Part shown: in pieces, positions 19,713 through 28,354 of the stretch
Layout: each line of letters opens with the position of its first letter
Numbering within the stretch: position 1 is the stretch's first letter
Sequence record: SRR31156797_11322
Reading direction: 5' to 3' (one strand)
DNA: 50,570 nucleotides
Made by a program: the position numbers and the translations under genes
Notes under the pieces: model-generated
What the model was told of the DNA's origin: nothing
Seen by the model: the letters and a program-made list of their open reading frames with translations, nothing else
Database searches by the model: none

Positions 19713-21440
19713 TTATAGATTTATTGAAATGACGACTTCTTGCGTGCTTTCATTTCCCAGACGATCAATAGTTTTTATTGATAACTTATAATCACGTCCT
19801 TTATCAAAGTTTTTAATTGATGTTGAGTAGGGAATAAATTTGCCATCATTTATCTTATAATAAATCTTTTCAAGGCCTGCTAAATTATCAGTAGCTGAGA
19901 GAAAGACCTGCAAATGGTTTGGATACACCTTAATTTTTTTATCAAGAGCTGTTTTGCTTCCAATTGATTCAACACTATAATCGATATTAATTTTTGGACC
20001 TACGTTATCCACAACAAAAAAGAAATCAGATTGACTGGTATTACCAACCTTATCATAACCAGTAAAAGCAACACTATGCAATCCATCTACATCAAGTGTA
20101 AAAGGTTTTTCATATGTAACTTCTGCTTTACCATCAATGGAGTAATCAATTCTATCCAGACCTGATTCACTATCAGAGGCAGTTAAAATTATCTTTGTTG
20201 TTTGTGCAATAAAAACTGTATCTCTACTTAGTAAATAAGGTCCTGAAAACCTATTTTTTAATGTTGGACCCGTTAAATCAACATAAGCAGCACCTTGCTT
20301 AGAATTTCTACTACCTCCGTAGGCCTTATTATTTACCTTATCGAACACCCATGTTTTAATATTTAGTGTTCCTTTAGCAGCATTGAGGTAAAACGGTTCA
20401 GTATATTCCTTACTTTCATTGTTTCCGACCTGATAATATATCGACTTTACACCGGCTTTGTTATCCATGGCCGTAATTTTGTATTTACTTCTACCTGAAG
20501 AATATTCTACACCATTAGCCACAAATGTATTTCCCATAATTTCTTCAACAATTATAGGAGGTGTATTATCTACATAAAACTCAAACTTCTGCATTTCTTC
20601 CTTATTCCCCACATTGTCAACGGCATAAAAAGAAATAGAATGTTCTCCCTCAGAAAACCAGGATGTTTTAATCGGGTACTTAAAAGGCTTTATTGGATTA
20701 TTATTCGTTTTATAGTAGATTGTTTTCAAGCCTGACCCCTCTTCGATTGACTCTATCACAAACTCACTCTTAGCTGAAACCACATTGCCAGATAAATCAC
20801 CATTGACTTTTACTTTGGTTTTCGGTTTTGACTTATCTATAAATATATTGATTGACCTAACTTTCTCTTCATTACCAACATTATCAACAGAGTAATAAAG
20901 GATTTTATATTCTTTCTCCTGATCTAATTTAATTGGTTCAGAATATTTCTTATAAGCACTACCATCAATTGAATAATATGTATACATTAATCCGGATAAC
21001 TTATCCTTTGCACTTAATTCAAACACAAATGCTTCATTAAAATAAACTTTATCTCCCGATTTATATCCTTTATACTTATCCTTTACAGTTGTATAAGGAG
21101 GTCTGCCATCTGCATAAACCTCAAATATGATATCTTCTAATGGATACTTGTATTTTTTGGTTACTGTATCTACTTTCCAGGGAGAATGGAATGTGTTTTT
21201 TCCCTCAGTGTCAAAATACATTGGGTTAGTATATCCTTTTGAATCCTCACTTTCCAATAAGACTTTCTCGGCATTTCCATCTTTAGATGTACTTAAATAA
21301 AGGTAAACAGGCATGTCCTTTTGAATATAAAGCTTACCATTATCATCTTTGTAAAGTCTGCTTTCGTGCTCTATTTTTTGCTGTGCAACAGCCGAAACTG
21401 AAATAAATCCGATCAAAAATATTATTAACGCGTGCTTCAT
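19713..21440 (-). CDS. Exported protein with tandem OmpL47-type Ig-like beta-sandwich repeats
   Basis: Signal peptide and about five repeats of D..SG+..I.Y.ID...Y..P...Y.+D.+GN.E...VD..P. ATG 21440 gives a clean signal peptide. Confidence 0.8.
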   Translation of the reverse strand: MKHALIIFLIGFISVSAVAQQKIEHESRLYKDDNGKLYIQKDMPVYLYLSTSKDGNAEKVLLESEDSKGYTNPMYFDTEGKNTFHSPWKVDTVTKKYKYPLEDIIFEVYADGRPPYTTVKDKYKGYKSGDKVYFNEAFVFELSAKDKLSGLMYTYYSIDGSAYKKYSEPIKLDQEKEYKILYYSVDNVGNEEKVRSINIFIDKSKPKTKVKVNGDLSGNVVSAKSEFVIESIEEGSGLKTIYYKTNNNPIKPFKYPIKTSWFSEGEHSISFYAVDNVGNKEEMQKFEFYVDNTPPIIVEEIMGNTFVANGVEYSSGRSKYKITAMDNKAGVKSIYYQVGNNESKEYTEPFYLNAAKGTLNIKTWVFDKVNNKAYGGSRNSKQGAAYVDLTGPTLKNRFSGPYLLSRDTVFIAQTTKIILTASDSESGLDRIDYSIDGKAEVTYEKPFTLDVDGLHSVAFTGYDKVGNTSQSDFFFVVDNVGPKINIDYSVESIGSKTALDKKIKVYPNHLQVFLSATDNLAGLEKIYYKINDGKFIPYSTSIKNFDKGRDYKLSIKTIDRLGNESTQEVVISINL

Positions 21441-21494
21441 ATTTGTGAATATTTTTCGTTCTAACCTCATTATCAACACTAAAGATTATGTGCT

Positions 21495-21502
21495 CAAAGT
21501 TA
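21495..21502 (-). promoter_or_regulatory. -7 promoter element for the OmpL47-like/TPR-PP2C operon
   Basis: TAACTTTG on the minus strand. Confidence 0.5.
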
Positions 21503-21648
21503 ATGCTTTCCTTTTAGAAAGTTTAATAATGTTAGTATATCTTCAATATAAAGATATATAAGTCATTTTTCATACACAACAAATTGAATTAGTATTTCGA
21601 ACATTTAAACCTTTCCCAGTAATTTTTACATAATTACTCAAATTATAC

Positions 21649-21656
21649 TAATTTTG
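21649..21656 (+). promoter_or_regulatory. -7 promoter element
   Basis: TAATTTTG overlaps the TTG at 21654, supporting ATG 21675 as the true start. Confidence 0.5.
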
Positions 21657-21674
21657 CCGAGTAATAATACAAAT

Positions 21675-22604
21675 ATGAGAAAAGTTGGATATTTTGCAAT
21701 ACGTATTTTTTCGGGTTTTATAGGCATTCTGCCATTTTTCATATTGTATGGTATGGCAGATTTTACTGCATTAGTATTGCATTATCTAATTGGGTATCGA
21801 AAAAAAGTAGTGCGAGCCAACCTTGAGAAGTGTTTTCCTGAGAAAAGTAAAAAAGAATTGCGAAGAATTGAACGCAAGTTTTACAGAAACCTCAGTGATA
21901 TTGCCATTGAAAGTGTGAAGGGTATATACATGAGCAAGAGACAAATTGAAAAAAGATTTAAAGTTCTCAACCCTGAAGTTTTGACTCCTTATTTCGAAAA
22001 AAATCAAAATATCCTCGCATTGGCTAGTCATTATGCCAATTGGGAATGGGGTATACTTGCAGTTGATTTTCAAATTCCTCATCAAGCAGTATCTATCTAC
22101 AAACCAATGCACTTTAAAGAAATGGAAGAATTCTCTTTCAGAAGAAGATCCAGATTTGGGATGAAACTGGTTGGAATTAAAGAAACCAAAGCATTCTTTG
22201 CTGAAAAAAGAGAAAAACCTGCCTGTACAATCTTAGCAGCTGATCAACATCCAAATGACAATAAAAACTCAATTGTTGTTGACTTTTTTAATATTGAAAC
22301 TGCCGCATTACATGGACCGGAAGCTTATGGCCGAACCACAGGAATGCCATTGGTTTACTTTGACATTCAACGCGTTAAAAGAGGTCACTACACCCTAAAA
22401 ATTGTACCGCTTTTTGACAATCCTAAAGAAACTGGTTTTAGTGTAATTACTCAGAAATATATGAGTATGGTTGAAGAAATAATTAGGAAAAAACCTGAAA
22501 ACTGGCTCTGGAGTCATAAAAGATGGAAGTATAGTCAAGAAAGTATCGAAAAGATTAAAGAATACAATAGAATTCGTAAAGAGAAAGAAAAAAGCAGCCT
22601 TTAA
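21675..22604 (+). CDS. Lipid A lauroyl/myristoyl acyltransferase (LpxL/HtrB family)
   Basis: YRKKVVRANL..CFPEKS, SHYANWEW, ADQHP, PENWLWSHKRWK. Confidence 0.88.
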   Translation: MRKVGYFAIRIFSGFIGILPFFILYGMADFTALVLHYLIGYRKKVVRANLEKCFPEKSKKELRRIERKFYRNLSDIAIESVKGIYMSKRQIEKRFKVLNPEVLTPYFEKNQNILALASHYANWEWGILAVDFQIPHQAVSIYKPMHFKEMEEFSFRRRSRFGMKLVGIKETKAFFAEKREKPACTILAADQHPNDNKNSIVVDFFNIETAALHGPEAYGRTTGMPLVYFDIQRVKRGHYTLKIVPLFDNPKETGFSVITQKYMSMVEEIIRKKPENWLWSHKRWKYSQESIEKIKEYNRIRKEKEKSSL

Positions 22605-23452
22605 TATGGCTGCTTTTCGTATATAGCATAAGATTTTTGGTTTTTATAAATTATGATTTTATTTCCCTCCCGATTCAACTTATATCCTCTAAACTTATTG
22701 TCATATACAATAATATTATCAGCATCTACAAGCATTTGATATCTTAATTTGGGCTTACTCCATCCTTGCTCATATATCTCAATCATATTATCCCGATATA
22801 TAATCATTGCTCTGTTGGCAAGGGTAGTTTTATTTCCTTTTTGTATAAAATAGTCTTTATTCAAAAAACTTTTTATATAATATCCATTCTTTGTTTTTCT
22901 AATATCCTGATTTGACAGTGTACGCTTATAATAATAATTTCCATTTGACTTTTTTTGAAATTCCATCTTCATTAACTTTCCTTTTGTAAAATGAGTTAAT
23001 GAATCAGTCACTTTAAATTCATAATTTTTTGTAAAGCCAATACCGTTAACAGCACTTATACTTAGAGTTGAATCTGTTTTTATAAACTGTAAGTCAGAAT
23101 TTAAAATCCCGGACTTATCATTTTTCAGTATAGTAAAATCAATTGACAGATCATAAAATGCATACCAGGGCAAAAGACACAGATTACCATTCATATCATA
23201 AAACAAACCATTTCCCAGATAAAAACCAGCATCATGGTACGGCATATCCTCAGTGCCTTCATTATTGGCACCTCCACGAACTTCTGTTTTATTTCGCAAT
23301 AAATCTATTCTTTCACCATAAAAATCAAGGATAGGTTTAAGCTGCTGTTGCTCTATTAATTCATGCTTGCTTTCTTTAATTTCTGATTGATTCAGAGTTG
23401 CACAGGAAGAAAAAACCAACAGAGCAACAAGCAACAATAAGAGTTTGGACAT
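22601..23452 (-). CDS. Hypothetical lipoprotein
   Basis: MSKLLLLLVALLVFSSC lipobox followed by a beta-rich sequence. Confidence 0.7.
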   Translation of the reverse strand: MSKLLLLLVALLVFSSCATLNQSEIKESKHELIEQQQLKPILDFYGERIDLLRNKTEVRGGANNEGTEDMPYHDAGFYLGNGLFYDMNGNLCLLPWYAFYDLSIDFTILKNDKSGILNSDLQFIKTDSTLSISAVNGIGFTKNYEFKVTDSLTHFTKGKLMKMEFQKKSNGNYYYKRTLSNQDIRKTKNGYYIKSFLNKDYFIQKGNKTTLANRAMIIYRDNMIEIYEQGWSKPKLRYQMLVDADNIIVYDNKFRGYKLNREGNKIIIYKNQKSYAIYEKQPY

Positions 23453-23462
23453 AAAGTATTAT

Positions 23463-24668
23463 TTAAAGTTCGCTGGTCATCAAAAATAATGGTTTCATTT
23501 CAAAACTCTTGTAAAACGGTCTTAATCGTTCGATATTGTAATGTTTGCTTACATCAATTACTTTAGTACTGCTGGTTACAACTTCAATTGGAAGATTATC
23601 ATAACGACCATTCTGAAGCACAACTAAGCGGCCATGTACACCCTTAAGAATAAGATCAAGAGCAAGATTACCATAAGCCATTGGCACAATTGAATCAATA
23701 GAATCAGGGTCACCACCACGTACCAGATAACCTAATTTTTGATTGATAACATTTATTTGACGGCCTTTATTAAATTTAGGTGAAAGATCTTTTATACGTT
23801 TTGAAACTAAATCTCCTACACCACCCAGTTTAGCATGTCCAAACATATCTTTTTCATCATTCTCAAATACCATCTCACCACCTTTAAACATAGCTCCTTC
23901 TGAAACCAGCACAACTGAATATTGACTTGGATTCTTTCTGCGATCATGCGAAAGTAGATCCGTAAGATGCTCTATATCAAACTTATACTCAGGAATCACA
24001 CAACGATTGGCTGCTCCTGCCATCGTAGGTAACATTGCAGTAAAACCTGCATAGCGGCCAAATACTTCTAATACCAAAAAGCGTTCATGAGAACCTGCCG
24101 AAGTACGTAAAATATTAGTCATCATAATTGTGCGGGTAATACACGTACTAAAACCAATACAATAATCTGTACCTGGTACATCGTTATCCATTGTCTTTGG
24201 AATTGCTACTACATTCACACCTTCTTTATATAAGCGAACTCCATAACTCAATGTATCATCACCTCCAATAGGAATCAAATAATCGATTCCCAAATGCTCT
24301 AAGTTTTTTAATACTTCCGGGGTTAAGTCATTAATATCATCCTTGTATGTGTCCTTCAAATGTTCAGGCACCCTATTTTTAGGTATGTGACTTGGTCTTG
24401 TTCTTGAGCTATGTAAGAATGTCCCACCAGTACGCCCAGCCTTGTTTACAATATCTTCATTTAGCTCGATGTAGTGTTCATTTTTATCCTTTTTGGGGTC
24501 TCTTTCCATATCAACAATTCCACCCCAGCCCTTCCTGAGGCCAATAACCTTATAACCTTCTCTTAACGCACGAATGGTTACTGCGCGAATAGCAGGATTT
24601 AATCCCGGAACGTCGCCACCTCCGGTTAAAATTCCAATTACACCTTTAATTTTGTTTACCTTTGCCAT
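23463..24668 (-). CDS. 6-phosphofructokinase, PfkA superfamily, probably PPi-dependent
   Basis: ILTGGGDVPGLN, GGTFLHSSR, IGGDDT, PKTMDND, EVFGRYAG, LGYLVRGG. Confidence 0.9.
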   Translation of the reverse strand: MAKVNKIKGVIGILTGGGDVPGLNPAIRAVTIRALREGYKVIGLRKGWGGIVDMERDPKKDKNEHYIELNEDIVNKAGRTGGTFLHSSRTRPSHIPKNRVPEHLKDTYKDDINDLTPEVLKNLEHLGIDYLIPIGGDDTLSYGVRLYKEGVNVVAIPKTMDNDVPGTDYCIGFSTCITRTIMMTNILRTSAGSHERFLVLEVFGRYAGFTAMLPTMAGAANRCVIPEYKFDIEHLTDLLSHDRRKNPSQYSVVLVSEGAMFKGGEMVFENDEKDMFGHAKLGGVGDLVSKRIKDLSPKFNKGRQINVINQKLGYLVRGGDPDSIDSIVPMAYGNLALDLILKGVHGRLVVLQNGRYDNLPIEVVTSSTKVIDVSKHYNIERLRPFYKSFEMKPLFLMTSEL

Positions 24669-24765
24669 AGTATCAATTTTTGAAATAAGTACTCCCTGCA
24701 ATTTACCGATTTAATAATTAATATAAAAGTTGCACTTTAGTACAATCATATAATTTATCATTTTT

Positions 24766-25836
24766 ATGGATTCTGAAATAGTCAATATCGCCAATCAGTT
24801 TCTAAAAAACACATCAGATTTGAAAGTTACACCTTTTGGTAATGGGCATATTAACAATACTTATAAAGTTGACGGTGGAAAAGAAAAAAGTTGGCTGCTC
24901 CAGAAAATAAATTCCACTGCATTTACAGATCCTTCAATACTAATCAAAAATCATCAAGAACTTTTGCGCAACTACGATTTCAAAAATGAAATTGAAATTC
25001 CAATATTAATAAATGAGAAATCACCTAGTTATCTTGTAATAGATAAAAAAGGAAATTCGTGGAGACTTCTTAATTTCTTCACACACACTCTCTCTTTAGA
25101 TATTGTGGAAAATGAAACTCAGGCTGAGGAGGCAGGAAAAGCATATGGTAGTTTTTTATTGGGTTGCAGAAATTGTCCTATTTCAAAATTTAAAGATCCA
25201 ATACCAGATTTTCATAATCTTCGAAATCGAATAAAACTATTTAATGAGGCCATAGATAAAAATAAATCAGGCCGGCTAAAGAATGTAAAATCGGTGGTTG
25301 ATTTTTATGTTTCATTTTCAGAAATGTTCAGTGAGCTTGAAACGCATATAAAACAAAACTCTATTCCATTACGAATTGTACATAACGATACAAAAATCAA
25401 CAATTTACTATTTAGAGAGAACAAAGCCGTTGCAGTTGTTGATCTAGATACTGTAGCTCCGGGCTTGGTTTTGTACGATTATGGTGATGCAATTCGAACA
25501 TTGGCCAATACGACATTTGAAGATGATAAAAATCTTGAAAATGTTCAATTTTCAATACAATGGTTTGAAAGCTTCACAAAAGGATACCTACAAAAAATAA
25601 AATCAATTTTAACCAATACTGAAAAAAGCTTTTTGTGGCAAGCACCCTTCCTGATGACCTTTATCATGGGTGTTCGTTTTTTAACAGATTATCTTGACGG
25701 CGATAAATATTACAAGACCCAATACGACGAGCATAATCTGGTAAGATCTAAAGTGCAAATGACACTTCTTGATAACATGATAAAGAAAAGAACTGAAATA
25801 GAGCTAATTATCGACAAATATTTACACAACCTATAA
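24766..25836 (+). CDS. APH-superfamily phosphotransferase, N-acetylhexosamine 1-kinase (NahK)-like
   Basis: GNGHINNTY, LQKIN, IPDFHN, HNDTKINN, VDLDT, YDYGDAIR, RFLTDYLDGDKYYK. Confidence 0.82.
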   Translation: MDSEIVNIANQFLKNTSDLKVTPFGNGHINNTYKVDGGKEKSWLLQKINSTAFTDPSILIKNHQELLRNYDFKNEIEIPILINEKSPSYLVIDKKGNSWRLLNFFTHTLSLDIVENETQAEEAGKAYGSFLLGCRNCPISKFKDPIPDFHNLRNRIKLFNEAIDKNKSGRLKNVKSVVDFYVSFSEMFSELETHIKQNSIPLRIVHNDTKINNLLFRENKAVAVVDLDTVAPGLVLYDYGDAIRTLANTTFEDDKNLENVQFSIQWFESFTKGYLQKIKSILTNTEKSFLWQAPFLMTFIMGVRFLTDYLDGDKYYKTQYDEHNLVRSKVQMTLLDNMIKKRTEIELIIDKYLHNL

Positions 25837-25846
25837 TTCAATCGCT

Positions 25847-27232
25847 ATGAACAATCTAAAACTACTATCATTGGCAATAATACTTGTTTTTGCCTTTATG
25901 AGCTGTAACAATCATGATAATCAAAAACAAAAGCTTGGCGCACAAGAGATATTCGAAACACCTGAAAGACCAGCGGGACAAACAGATGTTTTGGAGCTAA
26001 AAACAGAACCCATTGAAAATGTCCGAATGGCTATTATTGGCCTTGGAATGAGAGGTTCACAAGCAGTGCGAAGATACAATTATATTGAAGACGCTACAAT
26101 TGTAGCTGTCGCTGATGTTGTACCTGAATATGTTGACAGGGCACAAAAAATGCTTAAAGAAGCAGGTAAACCTAAAGCAGATGGCTACACCGGAGCAGAA
26201 GGTTGGAAAAAAATATGTGAACGAGATGATATTGATCTGATATATGTATGTACACATTGGGATTTACACACCCCAATTGCTGTTTACGCTATGGAACAAG
26301 GAAAGCATGTTGCTCTTGAAGTTCCTGCTGCATTAACAATCGACGAATGCTGGCAATTGGTCAATACAGCAGAAAAGACAAGGAAGCACTGTATGCAACT
26401 GGAAAACTGCAACTATGATTTCTTTGAAATGGCTACTTTAAATATGGCACAGCAAGGTGTGTTTGGTGAGCTAGTGCATGCAGAAGGTGCATATATTCAT
26501 GATTTACGTTGGTTAAACTTTGCTGAAAAAGATGGTTACTGGAATATGTGGCGCTTAAAACATCTTGAAAAAGAAGATGGTAATACCTACCCTACGCATG
26601 GATTAGGTCCAATTGCACACATTATGAACATCCATCGCGGTGACAAAATGGACTACCTTGTATCGGTTTCAACAGATCAGTTTGGAATGACATCTTATGC
26701 TAAAGATAAATTTGGGGATATTTCAAAATATGCAAAGGTTGATTATGCCAAAGGCGATATGAATACTACCATTGTTAAAACAAATAAAGGCAAAACCATC
26801 ATGATCCAACATGATGTAACAAGTCCAAGACCATACAGCCGCATTCATTTAGTAAGCGGAACTAAAGGGTTTGCCAGAAAATGGCCTAAAAAAGGAATTG
26901 CACTGGAGCCCAATGCACATCATTTTTTAAATGAACAAGCACTTGATTCTATGTTAAAAAAATATGAGCACCCAATTGTAACAGAAGTAGGCCAAAAGGC
27001 TAAAGAAGTAGGTGGACACGGCGGAATGGATTTCATTATGGACTATCGCCTAATTTATTGTCTGAAAAATGGTTTACCACTTGACCAGGATGTTTATGAT
27101 GCTGCTGAATGGTCTGCCATAATTGAGTTGTCACGTATATCAAACGAAAATCAGGGTATGCCAATAAAAATACCTGATTTTACACGTGGCGCCTGGAAAA
27201 AACTTAACAAAGTAACATACTACACAAAATAA
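25847..27232 (+). CDS. GH109 NAD+-dependent alpha-N-acetylgalactosaminidase-like lipoprotein
   Basis: Lipobox AFMSC, IGLGMRG Rossmann motif, HVALEVPAA, MQLENCNY, YIHDLR, YPTHGLGP, GGHGGMD, DVYDAAEWS. Confidence 0.9.
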   Translation: MNNLKLLSLAIILVFAFMSCNNHDNQKQKLGAQEIFETPERPAGQTDVLELKTEPIENVRMAIIGLGMRGSQAVRRYNYIEDATIVAVADVVPEYVDRAQKMLKEAGKPKADGYTGAEGWKKICERDDIDLIYVCTHWDLHTPIAVYAMEQGKHVALEVPAALTIDECWQLVNTAEKTRKHCMQLENCNYDFFEMATLNMAQQGVFGELVHAEGAYIHDLRWLNFAEKDGYWNMWRLKHLEKEDGNTYPTHGLGPIAHIMNIHRGDKMDYLVSVSTDQFGMTSYAKDKFGDISKYAKVDYAKGDMNTTIVKTNKGKTIMIQHDVTSPRPYSRIHLVSGTKGFARKWPKKGIALEPNAHHFLNEQALDSMLKKYEHPIVTEVGQKAKEVGGHGGMDFIMDYRLIYCLKNGLPLDQDVYDAAEWSAIIELSRISNENQGMPIKIPDFTRGAWKKLNKVTYYTK

Positions 27233-27241
27233 AATTATCAA

Positions 27242-27272
27242 GGAGCCTATTTAGATTCAGGCTCCGATTTTT
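27242..27272 (+). terminator. Probable intrinsic terminator after the GH109 gene
   Basis: GGAGCCT-N10-AGGCTCC hairpin followed by gaTTTTT. Confidence 0.55.
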
Positions 27273-28274
27273 ATGCCAAGTATATCTGTCATATTACCTT
27301 TTCATAATGCTGAGAAAACATTAAATCAATGTTGTGAGAGCATTGCCAATCAATCATTCAGCGATTTTGAATGCATTATGGTCAATAATAATTCAACCGA
27401 TCATAGTGAAGCAATTGCTAGTGAATGGAGAAACAAAGACAGGCGCTTTAAACAGCTGAATGAAGTTCAGCAAGGTGTAGCATACGCCTCAATTAAAGGC
27501 AGTTCAAATGCTATTGGAAAATTTATTGCACGCATGGATGCTGATGACAGCATGCTTCCTGATCGATTAAAACAACAGCATAGCTTTCTTGAAAAAAACT
27601 CTGATTATGATGCTGTAGGTGGTTTAGTAACATTTGGTGGTGATTCAATCAAAGCTATGGGTATAAAAAGATTTGTGGATTGGACGAATAACCTGACATC
27701 CTACGAAGATATTTTAATGAATCAGTTTGCAGAACTACCCATTGTAAATCCAACCCTCATGTGGAGAAAAGAAACTGAATACAAACATGGTGGATATTTA
27801 CATGGTGATTTTCCCGAAGACTATGAATTGATTTTAAGATGGCTATCAAATGGCGTGAAAATTGGAAAAGTTAGCCACGAAGTTATCATTTGGAATGATC
27901 TACCCGAGCGATTGACCCGTACAGATGACAGGTATAGCTTTGATGCATTCTACAAAACCAAAGCTAAATATCTAAAGCTATGGCTAAAGAAACACAATCC
28001 TCATTTCCCTAATGTTTACGTTTGGGGTGCAAGTCGATTAGCAAGAAAACGATCCTCTTATTTAAAAGATAATGGCATTAATATTCAAGGATATATAGAC
28101 ATTTCCAAAAAAAGAAAAATTGGTGAACATATCATTCATTATAACGATATACCGAAACCTGATTCATGTTATATTATAATTTACACACCACAAGCAGACA
28201 TCAAAAAACAAATCAAAGAATACCTTGATAATAAGGGATTTAAATTGGGCTTGAATTATATATTTGCAGCATAA
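27273..28274 (+). CDS. GT2 glycosyltransferase with C-terminal Rossmann-like extension (QTGAL/B3GNTL1-like)
   Basis: ISVILPFHNAE, ARMDADD (DxD), PEDY, C-terminal VYVWGAS...YIDI...GLNYIFAA. Confidence 0.85.
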   Translation: MPSISVILPFHNAEKTLNQCCESIANQSFSDFECIMVNNNSTDHSEAIASEWRNKDRRFKQLNEVQQGVAYASIKGSSNAIGKFIARMDADDSMLPDRLKQQHSFLEKNSDYDAVGGLVTFGGDSIKAMGIKRFVDWTNNLTSYEDILMNQFAELPIVNPTLMWRKETEYKHGGYLHGDFPEDYELILRWLSNGVKIGKVSHEVIIWNDLPERLTRTDDRYSFDAFYKTKAKYLKLWLKKHNPHFPNVYVWGASRLARKRSSYLKDNGINIQGYIDISKKRKIGEHIIHYNDIPKPDSCYIIIYTPQADIKKQIKEYLDNKGFKLGLNYIFAA

Positions 28275-28354
28275 TGCAAATATAATTCTATAACATACTT
28301 AAAAATGTAAACTGATTTCAGTTTTTTACAATCTTTGCATAAAATTATCTACCC

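Noticed and set aside
24766-25836. Aminoglycoside resistance gene
   Set aside because: The motifs (GNGHIN, HNDTKINN, RFLTDYL) and GH109 linkage fit the NahK-like sugar kinase subfamily.
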